From Pasteurella multocida (GTDB taxonomy: Bacteria > Pseudomonadota > Gammaproteobacteria > Enterobacterales > Pasteurellaceae): DNA of 32,000 nt. The stretch spans positions 1,920,001 to 1,952,000 of the forward strand of contig NZ_LT906458.1 in NCBI RefSeq assembly GCF_900187275.1, written 5' to 3'. A program made the translations under genes and the position numbers. Each line of letters opens with the position of its first letter. Within the stretch, counting starts at the first letter, position 1. Below the pieces are notes generated by a model. The model saw only the letters and a list, made by a program, of their open reading frames with translations, was not told where the DNA came from and did not search any database. This document shows, piece after piece, positions 18,447 to 26,634 of this stretch.

Positions 18447-20993
18447 ATGCAAAAACAGCAACCTTATCCCATTCACCTTGGGATTTTTTTGATGTTGGGT
18501 TTACCAACATGGGCGTTCAGTCAAGCTAATTTAGAGAAATCAACAATCAATAAATTGGAAACGATTTTGGTCAATGAGAGTGAAGAGAAAAATAAATTCG
18601 ATGAGAATTTGATCAAAACTTATCTGTCTTCGGGTTCTTATTCTTATTTATCGCAATCGGATATCAGTACGTTCAGAGGTAGCTCGGTAGGGGATTTCCT
18701 CTCTGGTGTGCCAGGAGTTATTGTGGGAAATAAGCGTAATAGCGGCGCTTTATCTGTTAATATTCGAGGAATTGCGAATGAAAATCGTGTGCCTGTTTGG
18801 ATAGATAAAGGTCTACAATCGGTACCCTCCTACCAAGGTTATGCAGGTTCTTCAACTCGAACCTATTTAGATCCCGATTTGATCAGCCAAGTCGAGATTG
18901 AAAAAGGTCCCTCTTTGCAAATGGACGCAACAGGCGCGACGGGAGGGGTAGTGAGAGTAGAGACTTTACGTTGGCAAGATATTATTCCTCAAGGGAAAAA
19001 TTGGGGCGTGCGTTTGAAACTAGGGACGATGACTAACACCGTATCACCTCCCCCTTATTATACAAGAGGAGGATATCAAACTAAGTATATTAGTAAATGT
19101 CTTTCTAATCATACCGGCTTATGTCAAACACAAACATATGCACCAAATGCACGTTATTCTTCTCATGGTTTTGATTTGAATGCATACAATTATAGCCTGG
19201 CTTTTGCTAATAAATGGCAAAATGCTGATCTTGTACTTGCGTATGCAAAACGTAAACAGGGCAACTATTTTGTTGGGCGTCATGGACAAACCCCAGTGAT
19301 TGAATCCATTGAATTTGAGGAAGATTCAGTAGAAGTCAAAGAGCCTCGCGTTCATGAAGATGTTGAGATTGGTTCATTAACATTTAAAGAAAATCGCAGC
19401 ACCTTATACCGACCGGGTGAAGAAGCCCTGAATACCTCACAAGATAATACCTCTTATCTCGCTAAAATAAATGTCTACAATGATGTTCATCGTTTAGGGT
19501 TAGCGTATCGCCATTATCATAGCCGTTTTGGTGAGATTATGAGCTCAATTTTGAATTTCAGAGCGTATGGCGCATTGCAAGGTGAAGGGACAGAAGTCAA
19601 AGTCGATAGCTATCATGCAAATTATAGCTATAACCCAACGACACCTTATGTGAATTTGAGTGTTAATGCATATTTTACTGACAGTGATTCGTCTAATTTT
19701 ACCCCATTTATTGAAGAATATGGTTACTCTTTATCCAGTCGTCATGCCCATTTTCTGGTTTCTAAGCAGAAAGGGTTAAGTATTGAAAATACTAGCATTT
19801 TCCAGCTTAACGACAAACCGTTTACTTTAAAATATGGTCTTGCGCATAGTTATGAACGGATTTATCAACCACGTAATGCTCAAGCACGTGTGAGAGCTAA
19901 AGGGTATCCAGAAGATGCGATTGGTCCACTTTATATTCGAGATGGTAAACGTAAAGAATGGAGCGCTTTTGTTGCTGCGAACTATCCAATCACTTCGTGG
20001 TTAAAAGCCGACATCGGGCTACGTTATCTTCAATCTACTATTTATGATTATATTGTGAGAACGGAAAGAGTGAATATTGGAGGGGCACTTGTGCCTAATC
20101 CAAATGGATCCGGTAATATTTGGGTGGAAAAATATAAAGATGTTGTGCATAAACAGGCGCCAGTGAAAAATAAAGGCATGTCGCCAATTGTGATGTTCAC
20201 ATTTGAACCTATTAACGGAGTACAAATTTATACGAAATATGCAGAAGCATTGCGTTCGCCAAGTTTATTCCAAGCAACTAAAGGCTGGTCCATGAGTGCG
20301 ACGGCAGATAATCTAGAACAATTGAGACCTGAACGAGCCAAAAATTGGGAGGCGGGTATTAACTTGTTTTATGAAAATCTAGGTGGTAAGGACAATATTC
20401 TTGGTTTTAAATTGGCGTATTTTAATAATAGGATAAAAGATTATTTGACGCGGAGTTATTCGCCTAAAGATAAGGTGACGCAGACAATTAATATACAAAG
20501 TGCACAATTTAAAGGGATTGAGTTATCAGCGTATTATGATATGGGGAAATTTTACGCAAAATTAGCTGGTACATATTACACAAAAACGAAATTTTGTTTA
20601 ACAGCAGAACAAGCAGGCAAAGGAGAGCAATGTAATTCAGGTTATGTATATCGTAGTAATTTAAATAATGCCGTTCCTCCGCGTTTAAATTTACATGCGA
20701 CTTTAGGAACCCGTTTGTTTGAACAAAAACTCGATATTGGTGCGCGCTATAGTTACTACAGTAAGCGATTAGTACCAGTGCTTTCTGCAGAACGTTTTGT
20801 TAACACATCAAGTATTGAGTGGGCGCCTTATTCCTTAGTAGATTTATATGCCAATTACAATGTGTCTAATAACCTAAAACTTACGATGACCATGGATAAT
20901 GTGTTTAATCGCTATTATTTAGATATCAATAATATGGGATTAAATACCGCACCGGGTAGAACATTGCATTTAGGATTAGAATATCGGTTTTAG
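18447..20993 (+). CDS. TonB-dependent outer-membrane receptor (iron/haem-class, substrate unknown)
   Basis: 848 aa with signal peptide MQKQQPYPIHLGIFLMLGLPTWAFS and a TonB-box-like LETILVN. Plug motifs are NIRGIANENRVPVWIDKG and VEIEKGPS...GATGGVV. It has a long beta-barrel and the terminal LHLGLEYRF. A Fur box lies upstream. Confidence 0.9.
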   Translation: MQKQQPYPIHLGIFLMLGLPTWAFSQANLEKSTINKLETILVNESEEKNKFDENLIKTYLSSGSYSYLSQSDISTFRGSSVGDFLSGVPGVIVGNKRNSGALSVNIRGIANENRVPVWIDKGLQSVPSYQGYAGSSTRTYLDPDLISQVEIEKGPSLQMDATGATGGVVRVETLRWQDIIPQGKNWGVRLKLGTMTNTVSPPPYYTRGGYQTKYISKCLSNHTGLCQTQTYAPNARYSSHGFDLNAYNYSLAFANKWQNADLVLAYAKRKQGNYFVGRHGQTPVIESIEFEEDSVEVKEPRVHEDVEIGSLTFKENRSTLYRPGEEALNTSQDNTSYLAKINVYNDVHRLGLAYRHYHSRFGEIMSSILNFRAYGALQGEGTEVKVDSYHANYSYNPTTPYVNLSVNAYFTDSDSSNFTPFIEEYGYSLSSRHAHFLVSKQKGLSIENTSIFQLNDKPFTLKYGLAHSYERIYQPRNAQARVRAKGYPEDAIGPLYIRDGKRKEWSAFVAANYPITSWLKADIGLRYLQSTIYDYIVRTERVNIGGALVPNPNGSGNIWVEKYKDVVHKQAPVKNKGMSPIVMFTFEPINGVQIYTKYAEALRSPSLFQATKGWSMSATADNLEQLRPERAKNWEAGINLFYENLGGKDNILGFKLAYFNNRIKDYLTRSYSPKDKVTQTINIQSAQFKGIELSAYYDMGKFYAKLAGTYYTKTKFCLTAEQAGKGEQCNSGYVYRSNLNNAVPPRLNLHATLGTRLFEQKLDIGARYSYYSKRLVPVLSAERFVNTSSIEWAPYSLVDLYANYNVSNNLKLTMTMDNVFNRYYLDINNMGLNTAPGRTLHLGLEYRF

Positions 20994-21013
20994 TTCATAA
21001 GTCATTCACACAC

Positions 21014-21053
21014 ATCACCGCACTTTACTTTGATAAGGTGCGGTGATTTTTTT
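21014..21053 (+). terminator. Rho-independent terminator of the receptor gene
   Basis: ATCACCGCAC (21014-21023) pairs with GTGCGGTGAT (21038-21047) around a 14-nt loop, followed by T7. The stem contains a USS core. Confidence 0.75.
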
Positions 21054-21147
21054 CTTTCTTTTGAAATGTCGGCTATTATTAGGCATGTTTGAATTAATTA
21101 AAAAATTTATTGTCAAACACACGGCATGAGCACCAAATTACACAATG

Positions 21148-21153
21148 TATAAT
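21148..21153 (+). promoter_or_regulatory. Candidate -10 hexamer for the 21206 gene
   Basis: Perfect TATAAT lies 52 nt upstream of the GTG start. I could find no good -35, so this is weak. Confidence 0.3.
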
Positions 21154-21198
21154 GCGTTTTGGGCTATGTTATCTCTTTATAGTTTTAGGTTAAAAGGA

Positions 21199-21207
21199 AA
21201 GTGCGGT
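21199..21207 (+). repeat. Uptake signal sequence core (Hin-type USS)
   Basis: Exact AAGTGCGGT, overlapping the RBS and GTG start of the 21206 gene. Confidence 0.9.
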
Positions 21208-21841
21208 GAAATTTTTAAGTGTTTTATTATGTTCTGTGTTGTGTTATTTGCCCACGGCTTGGGCGAATGTGGATTTGAATATTAAATACAGTTCAAACTA
21301 TTTAATGCCAGCTTATGTGCATTTTAAAGCAGACGGTGCGCAATATGCCGTGGATGCGAAGATTAATGTGCCTTTGTATAATATTCAATTTTTATCTACC
21401 GGCACGCAAGATGCTAAGCAATTTAATATGGTGGACTATCAAGATATACGGAATGGCAAGCCTTATGCCACATCAAAAATTCAAGCCGATAGCATTGAAT
21501 ATGGCAAAGTCAAAAATGGTTTAACGAAAAAAGCATTGGCATTGCCGACCTTTGATTTGTTTACTATGGCATTTTAATTAAGTTATTACGATAAATTACC
21601 GATCAATTTTCAAATCACCAATGGTAAAAAGCTTTATCCCATGCATAATGTGTTTGTGAAGAAAAGCGAAGCAAAAGTGAAAGTGGATAAGCAAGAAGCC
21701 GTACAGATTACTTATCAATTTAAAACCGGTGATAAAGATATCGTGGTCAAAAAATTGGCGGGTGAACAATTTCCGCGTTTTATTTCCTATAATCGCGATG
21801 GGGATAACTACGAATTAGAGTTTAGTGGGTTTGTGAAATAA
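21206..21841 (+). pseudogene. Secreted beta-rich protein of unknown function (possibly DUF3108-like) interrupted by a single in-frame TAA
   Basis: Track ORFs 21206..21577 and 21641..21841 are in the same frame. I read every codon from 21578 to 21640 (LSYYDKLPINFQITNGKKLYP) and found no further stop, so one TAA at 21575-21577 splits a 211-codon frame. GTG start with AAAAGGAAA RBS. Signal peptide MKFLSVLLCSVLCYLPTAWA. The family guess comes from memory only. Confidence 0.55.
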
Positions 21842-21871
21842 CACATGTAACAAAGGTTGCAAAGAGTATTA

Positions 21872-21903
21872 AAAAGTGCGGTCAAAATAACCGCACTTTT
21901 TTC
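21872..21903. terminator. Bidirectional terminator formed by a perfect inverted USS pair
   Basis: AAAAGTGCGGT (21872-21882) pairs with ACCGCACTTTT (21890-21900) around a 7-nt loop, with T/A runs on both sides. It sits between the convergent 21206-21841 gene and ilvA. Confidence 0.85.
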
Positions 21904-21908
21904 TTGGG

Positions 21909-23450
21909 TTACACTAAGAAATAACGATAGGCAGGGCTTTCTGTGACATCTTGATAGACATAACCCAGTTTTTCCAAATGCTGATTAAAGGCATCGAGAT
22001 CTTCATCATTTAATTGGAAGCCGGCAAGCACGTTACCATAGTCTGCCCCGTGCGCACGATAATGGAACACGGAAATATTCCAATGTGTTTGCCCCAAAGT
22101 TTCGAGAAATTTTAATAAGGCGCCTTTTTGTTCTGGGAATTCAAAACTGTATAAACGCTCTTTTAAGGGACTGTTTGAACGTCCGCCAATCATATAGCGT
22201 ACATGCGTTTTGGCGATATCATCATTAGACAAATCAATTAAATCATAACCATTTTGTTGTAGTTGATTGATGATCGTTTGTTTTTCTTCTTGCCCTGTAA
22301 TGCGTACCCCCACGAAAATACAAGCTTGTTTGTCGTCGGCATAACGGTATTTAAATTCAGTAACAGGGACATGACCCAAAATATGGCAGAATTTTAAGAA
22401 ACTCCCTGGTTGTTCAGGAATGGTCACGGCTAAAAGGGCTTCGTGCTGTTCACCAATTTCACAACGCTCTGACACATAACGTAAGGTATGGAAATTTAAA
22501 TTGGCACCAGATAATACATTCACCAAGGTTTCACCTTGAATATTGTGCTCTTTCACGTATTTTTTTAAACCAGCAAGCGATAATGCCCCCGACGGTTCAG
22601 CAATGGCGCGCACATTCTCAAAAATATCTTTGACCGCAGCGCAGATTTCATCACCATCTACTAACACTACATCATCAATATATTGCTGACAAACGCGGAA
22701 AGTCTCATCGCCAATACGTTTCACTGCGACCCCGTCAGCAAATAAGCCAACGCGATCTAAATCAATGGGCTTACCTGCTTTGAGAGCACGATACAAGCAC
22801 GCGGAATCTTTCGACTCAACCCCAATTACTTTGATTTCGGGCATTAATTGTTTAATTAATACAGCAATGCCTGCGGCTAAGCCACCACCACCAACAGGGA
22901 CAAAAATGCGGTCGATTTGGCTGTTTTGTTGTAACAATTCCATGGCAATCGAGCCTTGCCCTGCAATCACCGCGGGGTGATCAAAAGGCGGAATGAATGT
23001 CATATTTTTGCTTTCCGCCAATTCAATCGCTTTGGCTTTGGCTTCATCGAAATTGGCGCCATGTAATAGCACTTCACCACCAAATCCACGCACGGCATCG
23101 ACTTTGATACTTGGGGTGTTTTGTGGCATCACGATTAAGGCACGCAAGCCAAGATGTTTGGCAGACAGCGCCACGCCTTGTGCATGGTTTCCCGCTGAGG
23201 CGGCAATCACGCCCGAGGCTTTTTGTTCGGCACTTAAGCCAGCAATCATGGCATACGCACCACGCAGTTTGAAACTGTGTACGGGTTGGCGATCTTCACG
23301 TTTGATAAACACTTTATTACCTAAACGTTCAGACAGTTTTGCCATGTCTTGAAGCGGAGTTACTTGCGCCACGTCATAGACTTTAGAACTCAACACGGCT
23401 TTGAGGTATTCTGCACCTGTTGGGTGAGCTGAATGGAGGTTATTGACCAT
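21909..23450 (-). CDS. ilvA: Biosynthetic threonine dehydratase (threonine deaminase)
   Basis: 513 aa with the PLP-lysine motif HSFKLRGA and the glycine loop VPVGGGGLAAG. It carries two C-terminal ACT-like regulatory repeats, as in E. coli IlvA. Confidence 0.95.
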   Translation of the reverse strand: MVNNLHSAHPTGAEYLKAVLSSKVYDVAQVTPLQDMAKLSERLGNKVFIKREDRQPVHSFKLRGAYAMIAGLSAEQKASGVIAASAGNHAQGVALSAKHLGLRALIVMPQNTPSIKVDAVRGFGGEVLLHGANFDEAKAKAIELAESKNMTFIPPFDHPAVIAGQGSIAMELLQQNSQIDRIFVPVGGGGLAAGIAVLIKQLMPEIKVIGVESKDSACLYRALKAGKPIDLDRVGLFADGVAVKRIGDETFRVCQQYIDDVVLVDGDEICAAVKDIFENVRAIAEPSGALSLAGLKKYVKEHNIQGETLVNVLSGANLNFHTLRYVSERCEIGEQHEALLAVTIPEQPGSFLKFCHILGHVPVTEFKYRYADDKQACIFVGVRITGQEEKQTIINQLQQNGYDLIDLSNDDIAKTHVRYMIGGRSNSPLKERLYSFEFPEQKGALLKFLETLGQTHWNISVFHYRAHGADYGNVLAGFQLNDEDLDAFNQHLEKLGYVYQDVTESPAYRYFLV

Positions 23451-23527
23451 AGAGGTTGTCCGTTATTTTTTTAAATTTTCTTGTTTCAGCAAGAAAAACA
23501 TCGTAATCAATTTATCAATGAGAAAAC

Positions 23528-23547
23528 GGTGGGCAAGCTTACCCACC
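23528..23547 (-). other. Intercistronic hairpin between ilvD and ilvA
   Basis: The minus strand reads GGTGGGTAAGCTTGCCCACC (8-bp GC-rich stem, 4-nt loop) followed by GTTTTCTCATT. It begins 13 nt after the ilvD stop. The U-tract is poor, so it is a stabiliser or partial terminator at best. Confidence 0.35.
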
Positions 23548-23559
23548 CGACTTAAAGAT

Positions 23560-25395
23560 TTAAATTTTGGTTTTATCTCTCACTGCGCCTTTATCTGCCG
23601 AGGTCGCAAAATGACCATATACTTTCAATGCAAAGGACACTTCACGTTGGCGGTTTACAGGTTGCCAACCCAGTTTGTCTTGTTCTGCTCGGCGCTGAGC
23701 GAGTTCTTCTTCCGTGACACATAATTGAATGGATCGATTTGGAATATCAATTTCAATCTTATCACCGTCTTTTACTAAGCCAATTAATCCACCCGCAGCG
23801 GCTTCTGGTGAGCAATGCCCAATAGATAACCCCGATGTCCCGCCGGAGAAACGTCCGTCTGTTAATAAGGCACAGGCTTTACCTAAGCCCATGGATTTTA
23901 AATAACTGGTGGGATACAGCATTTCTTGCATACCCGGTCCGCCTTTTGGTCCTTCGTAGCGAATCACCACTACATGCCCCGCTTGGACCTTTCCTCCTAA
24001 AATACCGGCTACGGCATCTTCTTGGCTTTCAAACACAATGGCATCGCCAGTGAATTTTAAAATACTGTCATCTACTCCAGCGGTTTTCACAATACAACCG
24101 TCCATCGCTAAGTTGCCTGATAACATGGCAAGCCCGCCATCTTGGCTATAGGCAAATGTTTTACTACGAATACAGCCATTTTCACGATCATCATCCACCG
24201 TATCCCAACGGCAATCTTGTGAAAAAGCTTCGGTCGTACGAATCCCCGCAGGGCCTGCACGGAAGAATTTGTGTATGGCTTCGTCTTTAGTGAGCACAAT
24301 GTCATATTTGGCAATTTGCTCAGCGAGACTCATGCCTAGTACTGTGCGAGTATCGTTATGTAATAAATTGGCACGATCTAATTCCCCTAAAATCGCCATA
24401 ATACCTCCCGCACGGTGTACATCTTCCATGTGGTATTTTTGCGTATTAGGTGCCACTTTACTTAAACAAGGCACTTGACGTGATAGGCGATCAATATCAG
24501 CCATGGTGAAATCCACTTCCGCTTCTTGTGCCGCGGCTAATAAATGCAAAACGGTATTGGTTGACCCGCCCATGGCAATATCTAAGCTCATGGCATTTTC
24601 AAAGGCCTTTTTGTTGGCGATAGAACGAGGTAAGACGCTGTCATCTTCTTGTTCATAATAACGTTTGCACAATTCGACCACTTGTTTACCCGCATCAAGG
24701 AACAGTTGTTTACGATCTGCGTGGGTTGCAAGGCAGGATCCGTTGCCCGGCAGACTTAAGCCAAGGGCTTCCGTTAAGCAGTTCATTGAATTTGCGGTAA
24801 ACATACCCGAGCAAGAGCCACAGGTTGGACAAGCAGAGCGTTCGATCTGGGCACTGTCTTCGTCTGATACATTTGGGTTGGCACCTTGGATCATGGCATC
24901 TACTAAATCCAGTTTGATGATTTTATCAGACAGTTTCGTTTTGCCTGCTTCCATCGGTCCGCCCGAGACAAACACACAAGGAATATTCAAGCGTAACGCC
25001 GCCATGAGCATCCCCGGGGTGATTTTGTCGCAGTTAGAAATACACACCATGGCATCGGCACAGTGTGCGTTGACCATATATTCCACACTATCGGCAATTA
25101 AATCACGACTTGGTAAAGAATAGAGCATCCCACCATGCCCCATGGCAATCCCATCATCCACCGCAATGGTATTAAACTCTTTCGCCACACCACCGGCTTT
25201 TTCAATTTCACGGGCGACAAGTTGTCCCATGTCTTTTAAATGCACATGACCGGGCACAAATTGCGTAAAGGAGTTGACGACGGCAATAATCGGTTTACCA
25301 AAGTCGTTTTCTTTCATTCCCGTGGCACGCCACAAGGCACGGGCACCCGCCATATTACGACCCTGTGTACTGGTCGCTGAACGTAATTTAGGCAT
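23560..25395 (-). CDS. ilvD: Dihydroxy-acid dehydratase
   Basis: I trim the track ORF (25446) to [26 protein letters not shown] at ATG 25395, with GGAGAG just upstream. 611 aa, collinear with E. coli IlvD throughout ([29 protein letters not shown]). Confidence 0.95.
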   Translation of the reverse strand: MPKLRSATSTQGRNMAGARALWRATGMKENDFGKPIIAVVNSFTQFVPGHVHLKDMGQLVAREIEKAGGVAKEFNTIAVDDGIAMGHGGMLYSLPSRDLIADSVEYMVNAHCADAMVCISNCDKITPGMLMAALRLNIPCVFVSGGPMEAGKTKLSDKIIKLDLVDAMIQGANPNVSDEDSAQIERSACPTCGSCSGMFTANSMNCLTEALGLSLPGNGSCLATHADRKQLFLDAGKQVVELCKRYYEQEDDSVLPRSIANKKAFENAMSLDIAMGGSTNTVLHLLAAAQEAEVDFTMADIDRLSRQVPCLSKVAPNTQKYHMEDVHRAGGIMAILGELDRANLLHNDTRTVLGMSLAEQIAKYDIVLTKDEAIHKFFRAGPAGIRTTEAFSQDCRWDTVDDDRENGCIRSKTFAYSQDGGLAMLSGNLAMDGCIVKTAGVDDSILKFTGDAIVFESQEDAVAGILGGKVQAGHVVVIRYEGPKGGPGMQEMLYPTSYLKSMGLGKACALLTDGRFSGGTSGLSIGHCSPEAAAGGLIGLVKDGDKIEIDIPNRSIQLCVTEEELAQRRAEQDKLGWQPVNRQREVSFALKVYGHFATSADKGAVRDKTKI

Positions 25396-25654
25396 AATCT
25401 CTCCAAGTACAGTAAGTAGGTATGATGGCTCATCTTTTTGTAACAATGAGCCAATTTGTCTGTTGTATGTTAATGGTTATCTTTAAGCGTTTTTATGCGC
25501 TTAATGACCTCAAATAAAGGGCTAAAATCGTTAAATCCTAAAAGGCACGAACAAAATCAATATTCCACCAATATTGACTAAGTATTAATAGAAAATGTGT
25601 ATCACTTTCTCTATAGGCGCAACGATGTGTCCTCTTTGCTCGGTTGATCAGAAA

Positions 25655-26347
25655 TTATTCCGTCAGAATAAATTCAGCTGCAGCCTGTGCATGTAATGTT
25701 GTTGTATCGAAAAATGGCAGTGTTGCGTCTTGTTGATTAATCAATAAGCCAATTTCGGTACAACCTAAAATCACACCTTGGGCACCTTGTTTGGCTAAGT
25801 CATTAATGACATCAAGATAAAATTGTTTCGATTCAGGTTTGATTTGTCCGACACAAAGTTCTGTAAAAATAATACGATGAATTTCTTGTTGCTGTTTCTG
25901 GTTTGGCACAAGAGGCGTAATACCATGATGCAGTAAAAGATCACGATAGAACGGATCTTGCATTGTAAATTGCGTGCCTAATAACGCGACTTGCGTCAAA
26001 TTTTTTATTTTAATGGCTTTTGCTGTGGCATCAATAATATGGAGAAAAGGCACATCAATTACGTCAATAATTTGTGGTGCAACTTTGTGCATAGTATTGG
26101 TGGCTAATAAAATCCCTTCGGCACCTATTTGCGTCAATTTTTTTGCCGCAGTGGCTAGTATTTCCCCCGCCTTATGCCATTCACCTTGTTTCTGTAAACA
26201 TACAATTTGTTCAAATTCCACATTAACCATCACTAATGGTGCGCTGTGATTTCCACTTTTGGCTTGGTTAATTAACTGGTTGATTAAGCGGTAATAAGTC
26301 ACTGTGCTTTCAGGCGACATACCGCCGATAATACCGAGAGTTTTCAT
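25655..26347 (-). CDS. ygeA: Asp/Glu/hydantoin racemase-family protein, YgeA-like amino-acid racemase
   Basis: MKTLGIIGGMSPESTVTYYRLIN, LATNTMHKVA and ILGCTEIGLL parallel E. coli YgeA (MKTIGLLGGMSWESTIPYYRLIN, CTNTMHKVA, GCTEIGLL). 230 aa. Confidence 0.8.
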   Translation of the reverse strand: MKTLGIIGGMSPESTVTYYRLINQLINQAKSGNHSAPLVMVNVEFEQIVCLQKQGEWHKAGEILATAAKKLTQIGAEGILLATNTMHKVAPQIIDVIDVPFLHIIDATAKAIKIKNLTQVALLGTQFTMQDPFYRDLLLHHGITPLVPNQKQQQEIHRIIFTELCVGQIKPESKQFYLDVINDLAKQGAQGVILGCTEIGLLINQQDATLPFFDTTTLHAQAAAEFILTE

Positions 26348-26365
26348 GCTCGTCCTCTTATATTT

Positions 26366-26596
26366 TTATGCACGTACTTGATGAATAGCTAACACATCGT
26401 ACACTTTACTTAATTGATTCGTCAGTAAAGCGAAAGCGCGGTCACTTTTCACGGTAAAATCAATGTTGGCTTGTTCGCCTTGTGCGGTCATATTCATCGC
26501 GACGACATAAAAACCACGATGACGAATCACACGTAAAATACGTTCTAGGGTTTCAGGACGTTGATTAACGTCGAGGGTGAATTGATAGGTTTGCAT
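26366..26596 (-). CDS. ilvM: Acetolactate synthase II small (regulatory) subunit
   Basis: 76 aa. PETLERILRVIRHRGFYVVAMNM matches E. coli IlvM PETLERVLRVVRHRGFHVCSMNM. It lies immediately downstream of ilvG. Confidence 0.85.
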   Translation of the reverse strand: MQTYQFTLDVNQRPETLERILRVIRHRGFYVVAMNMTAQGEQANIDFTVKSDRAFALLTNQLSKVYDVLAIHQVRA

Positions 26597-26625
26597 AATC
26601 TTTCCTTAAAATTTCGTCAAAACAG

Positions 26626-26634
26626 ACCGCACTT
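26626..26634 (-). repeat. Uptake signal sequence core (Hin-type USS)
   Basis: Exact ACCGCACTT, at the ilvG stop / ilvM spacer. Confidence 0.9.

Noticed and set aside
18447-20993. Looked for simple-sequence phase-variation tracts (CCAA-type tetranucleotide repeats, long homopolymers) in the receptor gene, as in Haemophilus hgp genes.
   Set aside because: None seen. The reading frame is uninterrupted and free of repeats.
21315-21524. An alternative-frame 69-aa ORF within the 21206 gene.
   Set aside because: It is nested in the frame that carries the signal peptide and continues past the TAA. Nothing supports it independently.
22765-25123. Antisense ORFs inside ilvA and ilvD (22765..22980, 22993..23352, 23835..24053, 24269..24478, 24665..25123).
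   Set aside because: They lie opposite strongly supported, full-length conserved genes, and their products are low-complexity (Ala/Ser/Pro/Arg-rich), typical of shadow frames.
25426-25453. The hairpin TGGCTCAT-N12-ATGAGCCA just upstream of the ilvD RBS, considered as a riboswitch or attenuator.
   Set aside because: It is a single short stem with no U-tract, no alternative pairing and no leader ORF. It is mentioned only as context for the racemase finding.
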